A stretch of DNA of 64,000 nucleotides from Minisyncoccia bacterium (GCA_050008535.1 JBEKML010000002.1:148881-212880); one strand, 5' to 3'; positions 1 through 9,179 are shown, numbered from the stretch's first letter. A program made the numbers and translations. The notes: a model not told the origin generated them from the sequence alone.

Positions 1-1085
1 ATCAGAGCTTCATGATCGAAAACAAAAAATATTCGGAGGTGGAATATTTCGAGAAGCTCAAAGAATACGACCCGGGAACCTCCCGCGGCATTGAATCCGC
101 AAAGGAAAAATTCGCGGAGGTCTCAAAGAACGCGATCCATAAATTCGCGCGCATAACCAAGGCCGTGAACGCCACGGGGGACAATCTCTATAATGTAAAG
201 GACGTAAAGGCATGCTTTGACCTGCACGACCTTCAAAACGTGCGGTACGCGCTTCGGGGATGGACCGTGAAGGACTCAATGGATATGTACGGCACGGACG
301 ACACCCAGTGGGATTACGAGAGCGTCAATAACGGCTTGTACGCTTCCCATCTCATCTTCACCACGAACTGCCACACGCACTGCATGGACATCCAATATTC
401 CGACTATTGCAGGTCGTCGTCCCATCTCTTCGGCTGCATCTCGGTCAAAAACAAACAATATTGCATTTTCAACAAGCAGTATCAGAAAGAGGAATACGAA
501 GCGCTGGTGCAAAAGATAAAAGCACAGATGGATGCGATGCCCTATGCGGACAAGAACGGGCGGGTGTTCAAATACGGCGAATTCTTCCCGCCGGAGATCT
601 CACCCTTTGTTTATAACGAGGTGGTGGCGCAGGAATATTTTCCCGTCACCGAGGCACAGGCAATAAAAGAGGGTTTTGGGTGGAAGAAAACAGAGGAAAA
701 GAACTATCAAATTACTTTGCCTGCGGAGCAGATCCCGGAACGCGTTACGGAGACGGACGATTTGATATTACAAAAAGTCATCGGTTGTCTTCATGGGGGA
801 CAATGCGATCATCAGTGCTCCACCGCGTTCCGCCTTATTCCGGCAGAATTGCAATTTTACAAACAAACGAACATTCCGATTCCCCGCCTTTGTCCGAACT
901 GCCGCCACTATAAGCGGCTGGGGAAAAGAAACCCCGTTACCCTGTGGCATCGGCGGTGCATGTGCGCTACGAGGCACGACCATCATCTTATGGGGCAATG
1001 CCCCAACGAGTTCGAAACCTCCTACGCCCCCGACCGCCCGGAGATCGTTTATTGCGAGCAGTGCTACCAGGCAGAGGTGGCGTAG
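1..1085 (+). CDS. Cys-rich multi-zinc-ribbon protein, paralog P1 (5'-truncated by window edge; C-terminal ~360 aa)
   Basis: Reading frame is open from the window start to the first listed Met. Shares the CFGCxSxKNKQYCIxNKQY module, the GEFFPxEISPFxYNE block and the C-terminal CPNCRHxKRL...WHRRCMC...ETSYAPDRPEIVYCEQCYxAEVA tail with ORFs 12138-13889, 51271-53130 and 53145-54896. Confidence 0.75.
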   Translation, partial: QSFMIENKKYSEVEYFEKLKEYDPGTSRGIESAKEKFAEVSKNAIHKFARITKAVNATGDNLYNVKDVKACFDLHDLQNVRYALRGWTVKDSMDMYGTDDTQWDYESVNNGLYASHLIFTTNCHTHCMDIQYSDYCRSSSHLFGCISVKNKQYCIFNKQYQKEEYEALVQKIKAQMDAMPYADKNGRVFKYGEFFPPEISPFVYNEVVAQEYFPVTEAQAIKEGFGWKKTEEKNYQITLPAEQIPERVTETDDLILQKVIGCLHGGQCDHQCSTAFRLIPAELQFYKQTNIPIPRLCPNCRHYKRLGKRNPVTLWHRRCMCATRHDHHLMGQCPNEFETSYAPDRPEIVYCEQCYQAEVA

Positions 1086-1094
1086 GGCGCCCCG

Positions 1095-1190
1095 GGCGCC
1101 GTGGAGGCGCCGGGATTTGCACCCGGTTCTCCGCGTTCCAACGACGGTGTCCTAGCTGGTAATAGACGACGCCCCCGCCATCCACGGCGG
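1095..1190 (-). other. tRNA-like / imperfect inverted-repeat structured element (possible degenerate tRNA-Pro-like)
   Basis: On the minus strand: 7-bp acceptor stem GGGGGCG/CGCCTCC plus discriminator A, and a perfect T-arm CCGGG-TGCAAAT-CCCGG, total length 75 nt. The D arm lacks GG, the anticodon stem has a C-C mismatch, and T-loop position 55 is G. An alternative long hairpin fold is also possible. Confidence 0.25.
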
Positions 1191-1443
1191 GTTTACGGTA
1201 GCACAGTAGTGATTAAAACCGCCGAAAATATTTCTAAAGAAAACATAAAACAGCCGCCGAGGCGACCGTTTTATGGGAACGCGGAGATCTAGTTCGTCGC
1301 TATTACAACAAACCGTACCGCCGTGAGACCATTGTACCGCACCACGGAGCGCAGTCAAGAAACATTTTAGAATTTTTTAATGTTTGGCGGCGGCTAGGCG
1401 GTGACGGGCCCTTAAAACGACGCGATTTGCTAGAATTAAGGCA

Positions 1444-3849
1444 ATGCTTGGGTTCTACATTCTTCTCTCGGTCGTCATAGGTGCCGTGGCGGGCATTGCG
1501 GTGTACTTCGGCATTCGCGTCGCGGTGCGGAAGCGGATCGCGTCGTCCTTGAGCACCACGCTCTTTTTGGTGAAGATCCCAAAACCGTCGATGACCGGCC
1601 AGGGGACTCCCGCCGGCGCGAGCGAGCACAGCGACCTCAAAACCGAACTTGCGCACTTTGAACAGCTCCTGGGCAGCATGGCCGCCATCCAGAAGCCGTT
1701 CACCTTCGAGATCGCGGTGCCGCACGTGGGCGAGGAGATCAGTTTTTACCTTGCCGTGCCGAAGCGCTCGTCCGAGGTGGCGGCAAAACAGATCCAGGGG
1801 CTGTGGAGCGGCGCGTCCGTCGAGGCGGCGACGGACGACTTCAATATTTTCAACGTAAACGGCGCTTCAACCGCCGCCTATATGAAACAGAAGGAGCGTT
1901 ACGGCCTGCCTATCCGCACCTATATCGAGCTTGGCACGGATTCGTTTGAGTCCATCCTCGGCGCGCTCGCGAAAATAGACGAGATCGGCGAGGGAGCGGC
2001 GCTGCAGGTCGTGATGCGGCCGGCGCCTTCGGGCGTGAAGGATGAGGTGCGGCACGTAATAGAACGGCTTAAGAAAGGCGAGACCTTCAAAAAAGCGTTC
2101 CACGGGGATTTCCACCGGTCGTTTTCCGACGCGGGCGAAGTTTTCAATCCAAAAACAAAAGAAAAGAAAGCGGAAGAAAAGCAGGAACACGTGGTGGACG
2201 AGGAAGCGGTGAAAGCACTGCAATCAAAGATCACGAAGCCGCTCTTTTTTGTGAACGTGCGGATAGTGGCGTCGGCCGGGTCGCCGTTCCAGGCGAACGA
2301 CATCCTGGACGGCATCGCGGCCGGCTTCAGTCAGTTCGCAAGCCCCATGCGGAACGAGCTCCGGGTCGTCACGCCGCGGAATCCCAGCAAGCTCATCCGC
2401 CAATTCATCGCCCGCGAGTTTGACGCCGGCCAGGCCATGACCCTCTCAACCGAAGAGATCGCAAGCTTCTACCATTTCCCGATCGCTTCCACCGAGACGC
2501 CGCGCGTGAAGTGGCTGAAGTCAAAAGAAGCCCCGCCGCCGGAAGACCTCCCGCAGAAGGGGACGCTCCTCGGCGACGCCGTCTTCCGCGGGCAGATGAA
2601 GCCGGTCTATCTCACGGATGATGACCGCCGCCGGCATCTCTACGTGATCGGGCAGACGGGCACGGGGAAATCCACATTCCTCGGCAACATGGTGATAGAA
2701 GACATCCGGGCGGGCAAGGGCGTGGCGATCATTGACCCACACGGCGACCTTGTGGAGAACGCCCTGGGCTTCGTGCCGAAGGAGCGCCTGGACGACGTGA
2801 TCTATTTCGATCCGGGCGACCTCGCGCGGCCGCTCGGCCTGAACATGCTTGATTACAATATAAACCGGCCGGAGGAAAAGACGTTCATCGTGAACGAGAT
2901 GCAAAGCATCTTCAACAAGCTCTTCCCGCCGGAAACGATGGGGCCGATGTTTGAGCAGTACATGCGGAATGCGCTCCTTTTGATGATGGAGGACATGCCG
3001 AACGAACCAACGACCCTGATCGAAGTGCCGCGCATTTTCACGGATTCCGCGTACCGCGCGCGCAAACTGGAGCGCATCCACAATCCGGTCGTTGTTGATT
3101 TCTGGCAGAAGGAAGCGGTGAAGGCGGGCGGCGAGGCGTCGCTTGCGAACATGACGCCCTATATCACCTCCAAGTTCAACAACTTCATTTCCAACGACTA
3201 TATGCGGCCGATCATCGGCCAGCCGAAGTCGGCGTTCAATTTCCGCGAGGTGATGGATTCGGGGAAAATTTTATTGATCAATCTTTCCAAGGGGAAAATA
3301 GGGGATATCAACGCGGGGCTCCTTGGGATGGTCTTTACGGGGAAGATCCTCATGGCCGCGCTCTCGCGCATTGACGTGGCGGATGCGGCGCAGCGGCGGG
3401 ACTTCAATCTTTACATAGACGAGTTCCAGAACTTTACGACGGATTCTATCGCGACGATTTTGTCCGAGGCGCGGAAGTACCGCCTGAACCTGACGATGGC
3501 GCACCAGTTCATCGGCCAGCTGACAGACAAGATCAAAGATGCGGTCTTTGGGAACGTGGGATCTATGCTTGTGTTCCGGGTTGGCGTGCAGGATGCGGAG
3601 TTTCTTGTGAAGCAATTTGAGCCGGTGTTCAACCAGAATGATTTGCTTAATATTGATAATCTGAATGCGTATGCGAAGATTCTTATTAATGGGCAGACGT
3701 CGAGGCCGTTCAATATGAAGGTGGGGACGATGTCGTGGGGAGGGGGGAATAAAGAACTTGCTGGGAAGCTTAAGGAATATTCAAGGATGAAATACGGAGC
3801 TGATCGGCAGGCTATAGAAGACGAAATTTATCGGCGGCTTCGGGAATAG
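1444..3849 (+). CDS. T4CP-like ATPase (VirD4/TraG/TraD/TrwB-type) with N-terminal TM helix and a large N-terminal domain
   Basis: Walker A HLYVIGQTGTGKST is followed by the AIIDPHGD motif, which matches TrwB HLLIVGATGTGKS...VIVDPNGD. Walker B is NLYIDEFQNF (the DEF type typical of coupling proteins). There is one N-terminal TM segment. The gene is paralogous to the partial ORF at 62778-64000. Confidence 0.6.
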   Translation: MLGFYILLSVVIGAVAGIAVYFGIRVAVRKRIASSLSTTLFLVKIPKPSMTGQGTPAGASEHSDLKTELAHFEQLLGSMAAIQKPFTFEIAVPHVGEEISFYLAVPKRSSEVAAKQIQGLWSGASVEAATDDFNIFNVNGASTAAYMKQKERYGLPIRTYIELGTDSFESILGALAKIDEIGEGAALQVVMRPAPSGVKDEVRHVIERLKKGETFKKAFHGDFHRSFSDAGEVFNPKTKEKKAEEKQEHVVDEEAVKALQSKITKPLFFVNVRIVASAGSPFQANDILDGIAAGFSQFASPMRNELRVVTPRNPSKLIRQFIAREFDAGQAMTLSTEEIASFYHFPIASTETPRVKWLKSKEAPPPEDLPQKGTLLGDAVFRGQMKPVYLTDDDRRRHLYVIGQTGTGKSTFLGNMVIEDIRAGKGVAIIDPHGDLVENALGFVPKERLDDVIYFDPGDLARPLGLNMLDYNINRPEEKTFIVNEMQSIFNKLFPPETMGPMFEQYMRNALLLMMEDMPNEPTTLIEVPRIFTDSAYRARKLERIHNPVVVDFWQKEAVKAGGEASLANMTPYITSKFNNFISNDYMRPIIGQPKSAFNFREVMDSGKILLINLSKGKIGDINAGLLGMVFTGKILMAALSRIDVADAAQRRDFNLYIDEFQNFTTDSIATILSEARKYRLNLTMAHQFIGQLTDKIKDAVFGNVGSMLVFRVGVQDAEFLVKQFEPVFNQNDLLNIDNLNAYAKILINGQTSRPFNMKVGTMSWGGGNKELAGKLKEYSRMKYGADRQAIEDEIYRRLRE

Positions 3850-4074
3850 GCCTCTGCCTGCGGCCTTGCCTTTGCGGGTACGGGCGTTCTCGCGCTCCAG
3901 CGGCGCGAGCCACCCTGCTCTCTCGCCCCGATTGCCGAAATGCACCCAATGGCATTTCGGACCAAGCCAATCGGGGCTCCGAGAGCCCCCGCCAAGGCAA
4001 GGGCGCAGGCGGAGTTCCATCCATTGAAAAGAATGGCAAAAAATCGTAAAATTTGAGAAAGTTCTAAGAAGAAA

Positions 4075-4953
4075 ATGGCCAAGAGAAAACTTATAAAGAA
4101 GTCAAGGAAGACTTTAGGAAAATTTAATGCCCGGGAGCGTAAGATAATGGAAAATCTTATGCCAGCATATTACAAACAAGGTAGCTTTGCCTTGTATCAC
4201 GGAAACTCTTTGGATGTTTTGGCCGAATTCCCCGAGAACTCGGTGGATATGATATTTGCCGATCCTCCATACAATCTTTCCAATGGTGGATTTTCAGTAC
4301 ATGCAGGGAAAATGGTAAGTGTAAATAAGGGAGATTGGGATAAAAGTAGAGGATTTAAAGGCGATTACGATTTCCATTACAAATGGCTGGAAGCAGTAAG
4401 GCGCATACTGAAGCCAGGTGGTTCATTGTGGGTGAGTGGGACTTATCATTCAATATATCAGTGCGGACACGCAATTCAGGCTTTGGGTTACCATATTCTA
4501 AACGATATTGCATGGTTCAAACCAAATGCATCGCCAAATTTAAGTTGCCGATTCTTTACAGCAAGCCATGAAACATTAATATGGGCCCGTAAAGATACGA
4601 AAGGGAAGCACGTTTTTAATTATGCGGCGATGAAAAATGGTATCTGGAACAGCGATTTTCTAAAAAAACCGAATGTGCAAATGCGATCAGTGTGGGCTAT
4701 TGGAACACCAAAATCAGAGGAAAAGAAGTTTGGCAAACACCCAACTCAAAAACCACACGAGCTATTAAAGCGTATCGTTCTTGCAAGCACCAACAAGGGA
4801 GACTTGATAGTGGATCCCTTTACGGGGAGTTCAACAACGGGCGTTGCGGCTAATCTTTATGGCAGAAAATTTATCGGCATCGATACGGAAAAAAAATTCC
4901 TCGACCTCTCCATCAAACGGTTTGAAGATATGATCAGGAATCAATTGGTATAG
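4075..4953 (+). CDS. Type II DNA methyltransferase, beta-class, probably N6-adenine (or N4-cytosine)
   Basis: Motif IV DPPY (FADPPYNL) lies N-terminal to motif I FxGxG (DPFTGSSTTG), which is the beta-class order. The gene sits in an AT-rich island. Confidence 0.8.
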   Translation: MAKRKLIKKSRKTLGKFNARERKIMENLMPAYYKQGSFALYHGNSLDVLAEFPENSVDMIFADPPYNLSNGGFSVHAGKMVSVNKGDWDKSRGFKGDYDFHYKWLEAVRRILKPGGSLWVSGTYHSIYQCGHAIQALGYHILNDIAWFKPNASPNLSCRFFTASHETLIWARKDTKGKHVFNYAAMKNGIWNSDFLKKPNVQMRSVWAIGTPKSEEKKFGKHPTQKPHELLKRIVLASTNKGDLIVDPFTGSSTTGVAANLYGRKFIGIDTEKKFLDLSIKRFEDMIRNQLV

Positions 4954-4954
4954 T

Positions 4955-5533
4955 CTACCTTTTTGTATAGCCTGGTAGGGCGGCCTGAAGAACTTCCGTG
5001 TAGTGAAGCTTATTATCAATATAGTCGCGAAGTGCTGTGAGGAGATCGTGAAACATATAGGCACCCGCGCGGAGCTTTTCGTTTTTCGAGAATAATTCGA
5101 TAACCGTTGCAACGTAATCAAGCGAGAGGGTATAAGGTTGATCTATGTGGGCATATTTTGATGTAATTTCTTCCACGGTTTCGAGTTGATAATTATTCCG
5201 TTCTTCAACTGAGAAAAATGGTTTGCTGCGATCGTAAAATTTGATGTAATATTCAATAATTTCCCGTACTTCGGCGCGGTATTGCGGAATTTTTAGAAGA
5301 AGATCAACTACCCAAAACGTATGTGTCGGCGGTCTGAGTCGTTTGTCTCCGCCAGGGATTAAGATTTTAATGACGAAGTCCAATTCAGGGTTTGCTCCGC
5401 GACTTCCTTGGAAAAGACCAATTAGTGTTCCATCCCGCGTTGTGTAGGTCTTAAAAGCAGAGACGTTTGGACGAATTTGTTTCAAATTCGTCCCGTCATA
5501 ATATTTGGGGTTGTAAACCAATGGCGCTGGCAT
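4955..5533 (-). CDS. Restriction endonuclease second part (C-terminal or specificity portion) or separate subunit
   Basis: Its start lies 4 nt after the stop of 5538-6062, in the +1 frame, on the same strand and in the same AT-rich island. No independent motifs were recognised. Confidence 0.4.
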   Translation of the reverse strand: MPAPLVYNPKYYDGTNLKQIRPNVSAFKTYTTRDGTLIGLFQGSRGANPELDFVIKILIPGGDKRLRPPTHTFWVVDLLLKIPQYRAEVREIIEYYIKFYDRSKPFFSVEERNNYQLETVEEITSKYAHIDQPYTLSLDYVATVIELFSKNEKLRAGAYMFHDLLTALRDYIDNKLHYTEVLQAALPGYTKR

Positions 5534-5537
5534 GTTG

Positions 5538-6062
5538 CTAAGTTTGAGGCTTTGGGAGACCTAAAAAATCAAGGGGAAGACTTTGAAAATAATAATGGCA
5601 ACCAACTGCTTTTATGAAGTCCAGTGTGTCTTTATATTCTGGCTTTTGGAACCAATCACTTAAAATATAAATAAACTCAGTCTCGATCCCGAGCGGCTTA
5701 AACAATTTTTGATATTGCCTCTTTTTAAAATCGCATGTTTGTAGCTTCTCGTCTACGGATCCAGCGACCGCCTGGAATTTTATTTCTATAATAAAAACTT
5801 TTTTCTGGCTTGGAACATAGAGCGCTTCGTCTGGGAGTAGCTTCTTTGAAAGTACGGTTTTATAATCTACCTCGCGCTCTTCAAGAAATCGATAAAGCTT
5901 GTTCTTGCCGATACTTTGTGCTACTACCTTTCCGGTATGCAGAATCAAGTCGCCATCTACGGAGTATCCTGGCGTTTTGGCAAAGACCAACAGTAAATTA
6001 ACCCGACCCTCAAAATCAAGCCCGACTCGCGTCCTTGCGCCACCAATCCCGTGCTTTATCAT
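5538..6062 (-). CDS. Restriction endonuclease, PD-(D/E)xK nuclease fold (N-terminal part or catalytic subunit)
   Basis: LLPDE...VFIIEIKFQ gives a PD...ExK arrangement. Convergent with the methyltransferase and AT-rich like it. Confidence 0.5.
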   Translation of the reverse strand: MIKHGIGGARTRVGLDFEGRVNLLLVFAKTPGYSVDGDLILHTGKVVAQSIGKNKLYRFLEEREVDYKTVLSKKLLPDEALYVPSQKKVFIIEIKFQAVAGSVDEKLQTCDFKKRQYQKLFKPLGIETEFIYILSDWFQKPEYKDTLDFIKAVGCHYYFQSLPLDFLGLPKPQT

Positions 6063-6155
6063 GGGCGTTTAACCAAATTTTAATCATTTTTTAATGAATT
6101 GTACAAGTTCCACGTTCCAGTGTGCTCGTCATTATCAACATGGTATAATAAACAC

Positions 6156-6470
6156 ATGAAAAGGGTGGTGGTTTTTGGAGCGCTGCTTCTCGTGGGAATC
6201 GGTTTGATCGCTGTGGCGATGCATCCTGCCTATGCTTACGTAAGTGTTCGCGGCTATTATCGGAGCAATGGGACATACGTCCAACCCTATGTGCGCTCCA
6301 GTCCGAACAGCTTGAAATATGACAACTACAATTATTCTGGAGGAAGCTTATACAACAATTCCTATTACGCACCGACAAAGAATTACAGTCCGAGCTGGTA
6401 TACACCTTCATATGTAACTGATCCATATTATTATCAGGGGAAAAGCATCTATAACTCACGTCGTTTTTAA
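6156..6470 (+). CDS. Small secreted Tyr/Asn/Ser-rich protein with signal peptide
   Basis: MKRVVVFGALLLVGIGLIAVAMHPAYA looks like a signal peptide; the mature part is rich in Y, N and S. The six-frame track start at 6099 is probably an upstream extension. Confidence 0.4.
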   Translation: MKRVVVFGALLLVGIGLIAVAMHPAYAYVSVRGYYRSNGTYVQPYVRSSPNSLKYDNYNYSGGSLYNNSYYAPTKNYSPSWYTPSYVTDPYYYQGKSIYNSRRF

Positions 6471-6585
6471 TCAAAATTTAATGATTAGTATGTTATATTT
6501 GGATTTGACGTATGATTTATAAAATGTTAAAATCCGTCATCAGCAACTTTGTCGGAGTTGTTTGTGTATAATAAAGACAACCCTT

Positions 6586-7461
6586 ATGGGGAAGAAAATA
6601 ACTAAGAAAAGAGTTCACCAAAACGAGTCACTAATAGGAGAGTTGATTGAATTGCGGACCGAAGTCTGCAAGTTGCCAAGATTGTCGCCGATCGAAAAAG
6701 AACTTCATGAGGCAGAGGTCCGTTTTGAAGCAACCTATCATTCCAATAAACTAGAGGGGAATAAGCTTTCTGAGGATGAAGCGAGAAGCGCGATAATGAT
6801 ATAAGTTTTTATGGCGTTTCCGCAGAATAAAAAAGATTTGGATATCTTAGAAGAAAGAGGCTATTGGAAGGCCTCTTCTTTTTTAAGTAATACAGTGCAC
6901 AAGCTGATTCGTAAAAATTTGCCGTTTGAACTTGGATATGTTAAGCAGGCCCACAAGATTACTTTCGATGCCGCTAATCAATCAGGCATAGCTGGCAAAT
7001 ATCGTCGTGACAATCCGGAGCTGAAGAGAATTGATGGATCATTGCTTGTTATTACGCATTGGCACAATGTTCCGAACGAAATGGCAAAATTGGATACAGA
7101 AGTACGTTTAGCCACGAGGGGATTGAGGAAGGTGAGGACGAAGGGACAGTATAGAAACATTATTGAAAAGGCTGCGCGTCTTTCTCATCGATTAGCATGT
7201 ATTCATCCTTTTGAAAACGGAAACGGACGCGCTTCACGCTTGCTCCTAAATGCTATTCTTATGCGAGCCGGATTGCACGAAGTAGCTATTAAGGTAGATA
7301 AAGATAGATACCTACGAAGTATGCGGCAGGCAGACGACGGAGACTTCTCGATGCTCAAAAAAATAATATTAGAAAGTTTGGTTGAGAATGAAAAAAAATT
7401 GTACAAGTTAGTCAAAAGGAAGCAAGCGGAACAAGGCAAGCATAAAAAGTGCCGTTCTTAG
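6586..7461 (+). pseudogene. Fic/DOC family protein (AMPylator-like) interrupted by an in-frame TAA at 6802-6804
   Basis: The upstream piece carries the Fic N-terminal YHSNKLEGNKLSEDE motif. The downstream piece, in the same frame, carries the catalytic HPFENGNGRASR (HPFx[DE]GNGR) motif. A TATAAT box lies at 6566-6571. Confidence 0.55.
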
Positions 7462-7574
7462 CGGTTTCAATATGAACTGTCGTGATCCGGTGGGGCCAGA
7501 TTCCCTACCTTACTGACTGATGGTGGTGGCGGGTGGCCCACGCTTGTTTGTGCTATACTGAACCTACAACTGAA

Positions 7575-7710
7575 TGGGTTATCCAGAGTGCGGGGAGGGA
7601 ACTGGCCCTACGATCCGCCGGCAACTTGCGAGGGCAAAGTGCTAATTCCAGCCCGAAAGGGGAAGATAAAGGTCGTAGCGCTTTTTCTTTCGGGAATGGC
7701 GTTTTTTATT
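7575..7710 (+). ncRNA. SAM-I (S-box) riboswitch with terminator-like expression platform
   Basis: GGTTATCCAGAGTGCGGGGAGGGAACTGGCCCTACGATCCGCCGGCAACT and AAAGTGCTAATTCCAGCCCGAAAGGGGAAGATAAAGG match the S-box consensus (GAGGGA.UGGCCC.AUGA..CCGGCAACC, GGUGCUAAUUCCAGC, and a P1 pairing TTATC/GATAA). A hairpin cccgaaag/ctttcggg plus a T-run follows, directly upstream of metK. Confidence 0.8.
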
Positions 7711-7738
7711 TGGTAATAAACAAAATAAAATTAAAATT

Positions 7739-8686
7739 ATGAACACAAAAATACGAACGGCGGAATTTGTTTCGCCAAGGCATCCGGACAAAATGTGCGA
7801 CCTTATCGCGGACACGCTTCTTGATGCGTTCCTTGCGGGGGATAAAAAGAGCCGCGTCGCGGCGGAGGTGATGGGCGGCCACGGGCACATCACTGTTTCG
7901 GGGGAGATCACGAGCCGGACGGACGTGGATATGGAAAAGATCGTGAAGGGCGTGGTGGGCGAGGAGTACAACGTTCACGTTTACCTTACGAAGCAGAGCC
8001 CGGAGATCGCGCAGGGCGTGGACACGGGCGGCGCGGGCGACCAGGGGATCATGATGGGGTATGCTACGCGGGAAGCCGAGAATTTTATGCCCCTGGAATA
8101 CGAGCTTGCGCGGGATCTCTGCCGGAAGATATATGCAAAATATCCGCATGACGGGAAAACGCAGGTGACGGTGGAGGGCACGAAGGTACGCACGGTCGTC
8201 GCGAGCTTTCAGGGTACAAAGACCCCGGAACTTATGGCGCTCGTGCGGGGGCTTATAAAAGCCGACGAGTATCTTGTGAATCCTGCGGGTGAGTGGATGA
8301 TGGGCGGCTTTGACGCCGATTCGGGAATTTCCGGCCGGAAGATCGTCATTGATAACTACGGCCCGGAGGTGGGCGTGGGCGGGGGATCCTTCTCCGGCAA
8401 GGATTACACAAAGGTGGACCGGAGCGGCGCCTACATGGCGCGCCGCATCGCGGTGGACTATTTGAAACAGCACGCGGACGTGGAAACGGTGCGCGTGAAG
8501 CTCGCGTACGCGATAGGGAAGGCGGAGCCCGTGATGGCGGTTTTGGACGCGGACGGCGTGGAGGTTGCCATTCAGGGATATGACCTCTCGCCTGCGGGGA
8601 TCTTCAAGTTTCTGGAGTTGGACAAGGTCCGGTGGGCGGAGACGTCGAGCTGGGGGCACTTCGGACGTGAGTTCAGTTGGGGATAG
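7739..8686 (+). CDS. metK: S-adenosylmethionine synthetase (short form)
   Basis: SPRHPDKMCDLIAD and GAGDQGIMMGYA are MetK signatures, and the C-terminal GHFGRE block is present. Confidence 0.9.
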   Translation: MNTKIRTAEFVSPRHPDKMCDLIADTLLDAFLAGDKKSRVAAEVMGGHGHITVSGEITSRTDVDMEKIVKGVVGEEYNVHVYLTKQSPEIAQGVDTGGAGDQGIMMGYATREAENFMPLEYELARDLCRKIYAKYPHDGKTQVTVEGTKVRTVVASFQGTKTPELMALVRGLIKADEYLVNPAGEWMMGGFDADSGISGRKIVIDNYGPEVGVGGGSFSGKDYTKVDRSGAYMARRIAVDYLKQHADVETVRVKLAYAIGKAEPVMAVLDADGVEVAIQGYDLSPAGIFKFLELDKVRWAETSSWGHFGREFSWG

Positions 8687-8711
8687 GGAAGAGATGCGTT
8701 AGAATAGTTGT

Positions 8712-9176
8712 ATGAAGCTGAACTACTTCGTGATTCCGCTCGTCGCGTTCCTCACGGCGTTCATCGGCGGCTTGATCACAAGCGGGGGGATGGCGTGGTA
8801 CAAGACAATAAGACTTCCCTCGTGGACGCCGCCCGGCGGCGTGATCGGCGCCGTCTGGACCGTGCTTTTTGTTTTGAGCGCCATCTCTGCGCTCATGGTT
8901 TGGAACGGAGCGCCGCATGATGCGCGCTTTTGGCTCATCATCGCCCTTTTCGTCTTGAACGCGTGCGCGAACGTTTTCTGGTCATATCTTTTCTTTGGTG
9001 CGCATTTTATGTACGCGGCATTCTGGGAAGCAATTTTTCTTGACCTCACCGTGCTCGGCCTTATTGCGCTCATCTGGCCTTTGTCGCTCACGGCGGCGCT
9101 TCTTCTCGTGCCATACGCCGTATGGGTGGCGTTCGCATCGTATCTTACGTACAGCGTTTGGCTACTGAATCATTAG
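8712..9176 (+). CDS. tspO: TspO/MBR family tryptophan-rich sensory protein
   Basis: Five TM helices and the LPSWTPPGGVIGAVWTVLF motif. Confidence 0.75.
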   Translation: MKLNYFVIPLVAFLTAFIGGLITSGGMAWYKTIRLPSWTPPGGVIGAVWTVLFVLSAISALMVWNGAPHDARFWLIIALFVLNACANVFWSYLFFGAHFMYAAFWEAIFLDLTVLGLIALIWPLSLTAALLLVPYAVWVAFASYLTYSVWLLNH

Positions 9177-9179
9177 GGG

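Noticed and set aside
988-1185. Similar short minus-strand ORFs at 988-1185, 52967-53155 and 54637-54951 (RRFRxRWG...)
   Set aside because: Their similarity is a by-product of the nucleotide-conserved 3' ends of the Cys-rich paralogs. They are antisense to the conserved tail and are not genes.
1095-1190. tmRNA (ssrA) hypothesis for the tRNA-like element
   Set aside because: The 5' and 3' acceptor halves are only 75 nt apart, and no tag-peptide reading frame or pseudoknot region is present.
6802-6804. Stop-codon recoding (alternative genetic code) as explanation for the in-frame stop in Fic
   Set aside because: The codon is TAA, not TGA. TGA and TAA both terminate well-supported genes in this window (pgk ends in TGA), which indicates standard code 11.
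7706-8659. 317-aa minus-strand ORF covering metK
   Set aside because: Antisense to a well-supported metK. Composition is Arg/His/Ala-rich, typical of a GC-rich antisense frame. No ribosome-binding site.
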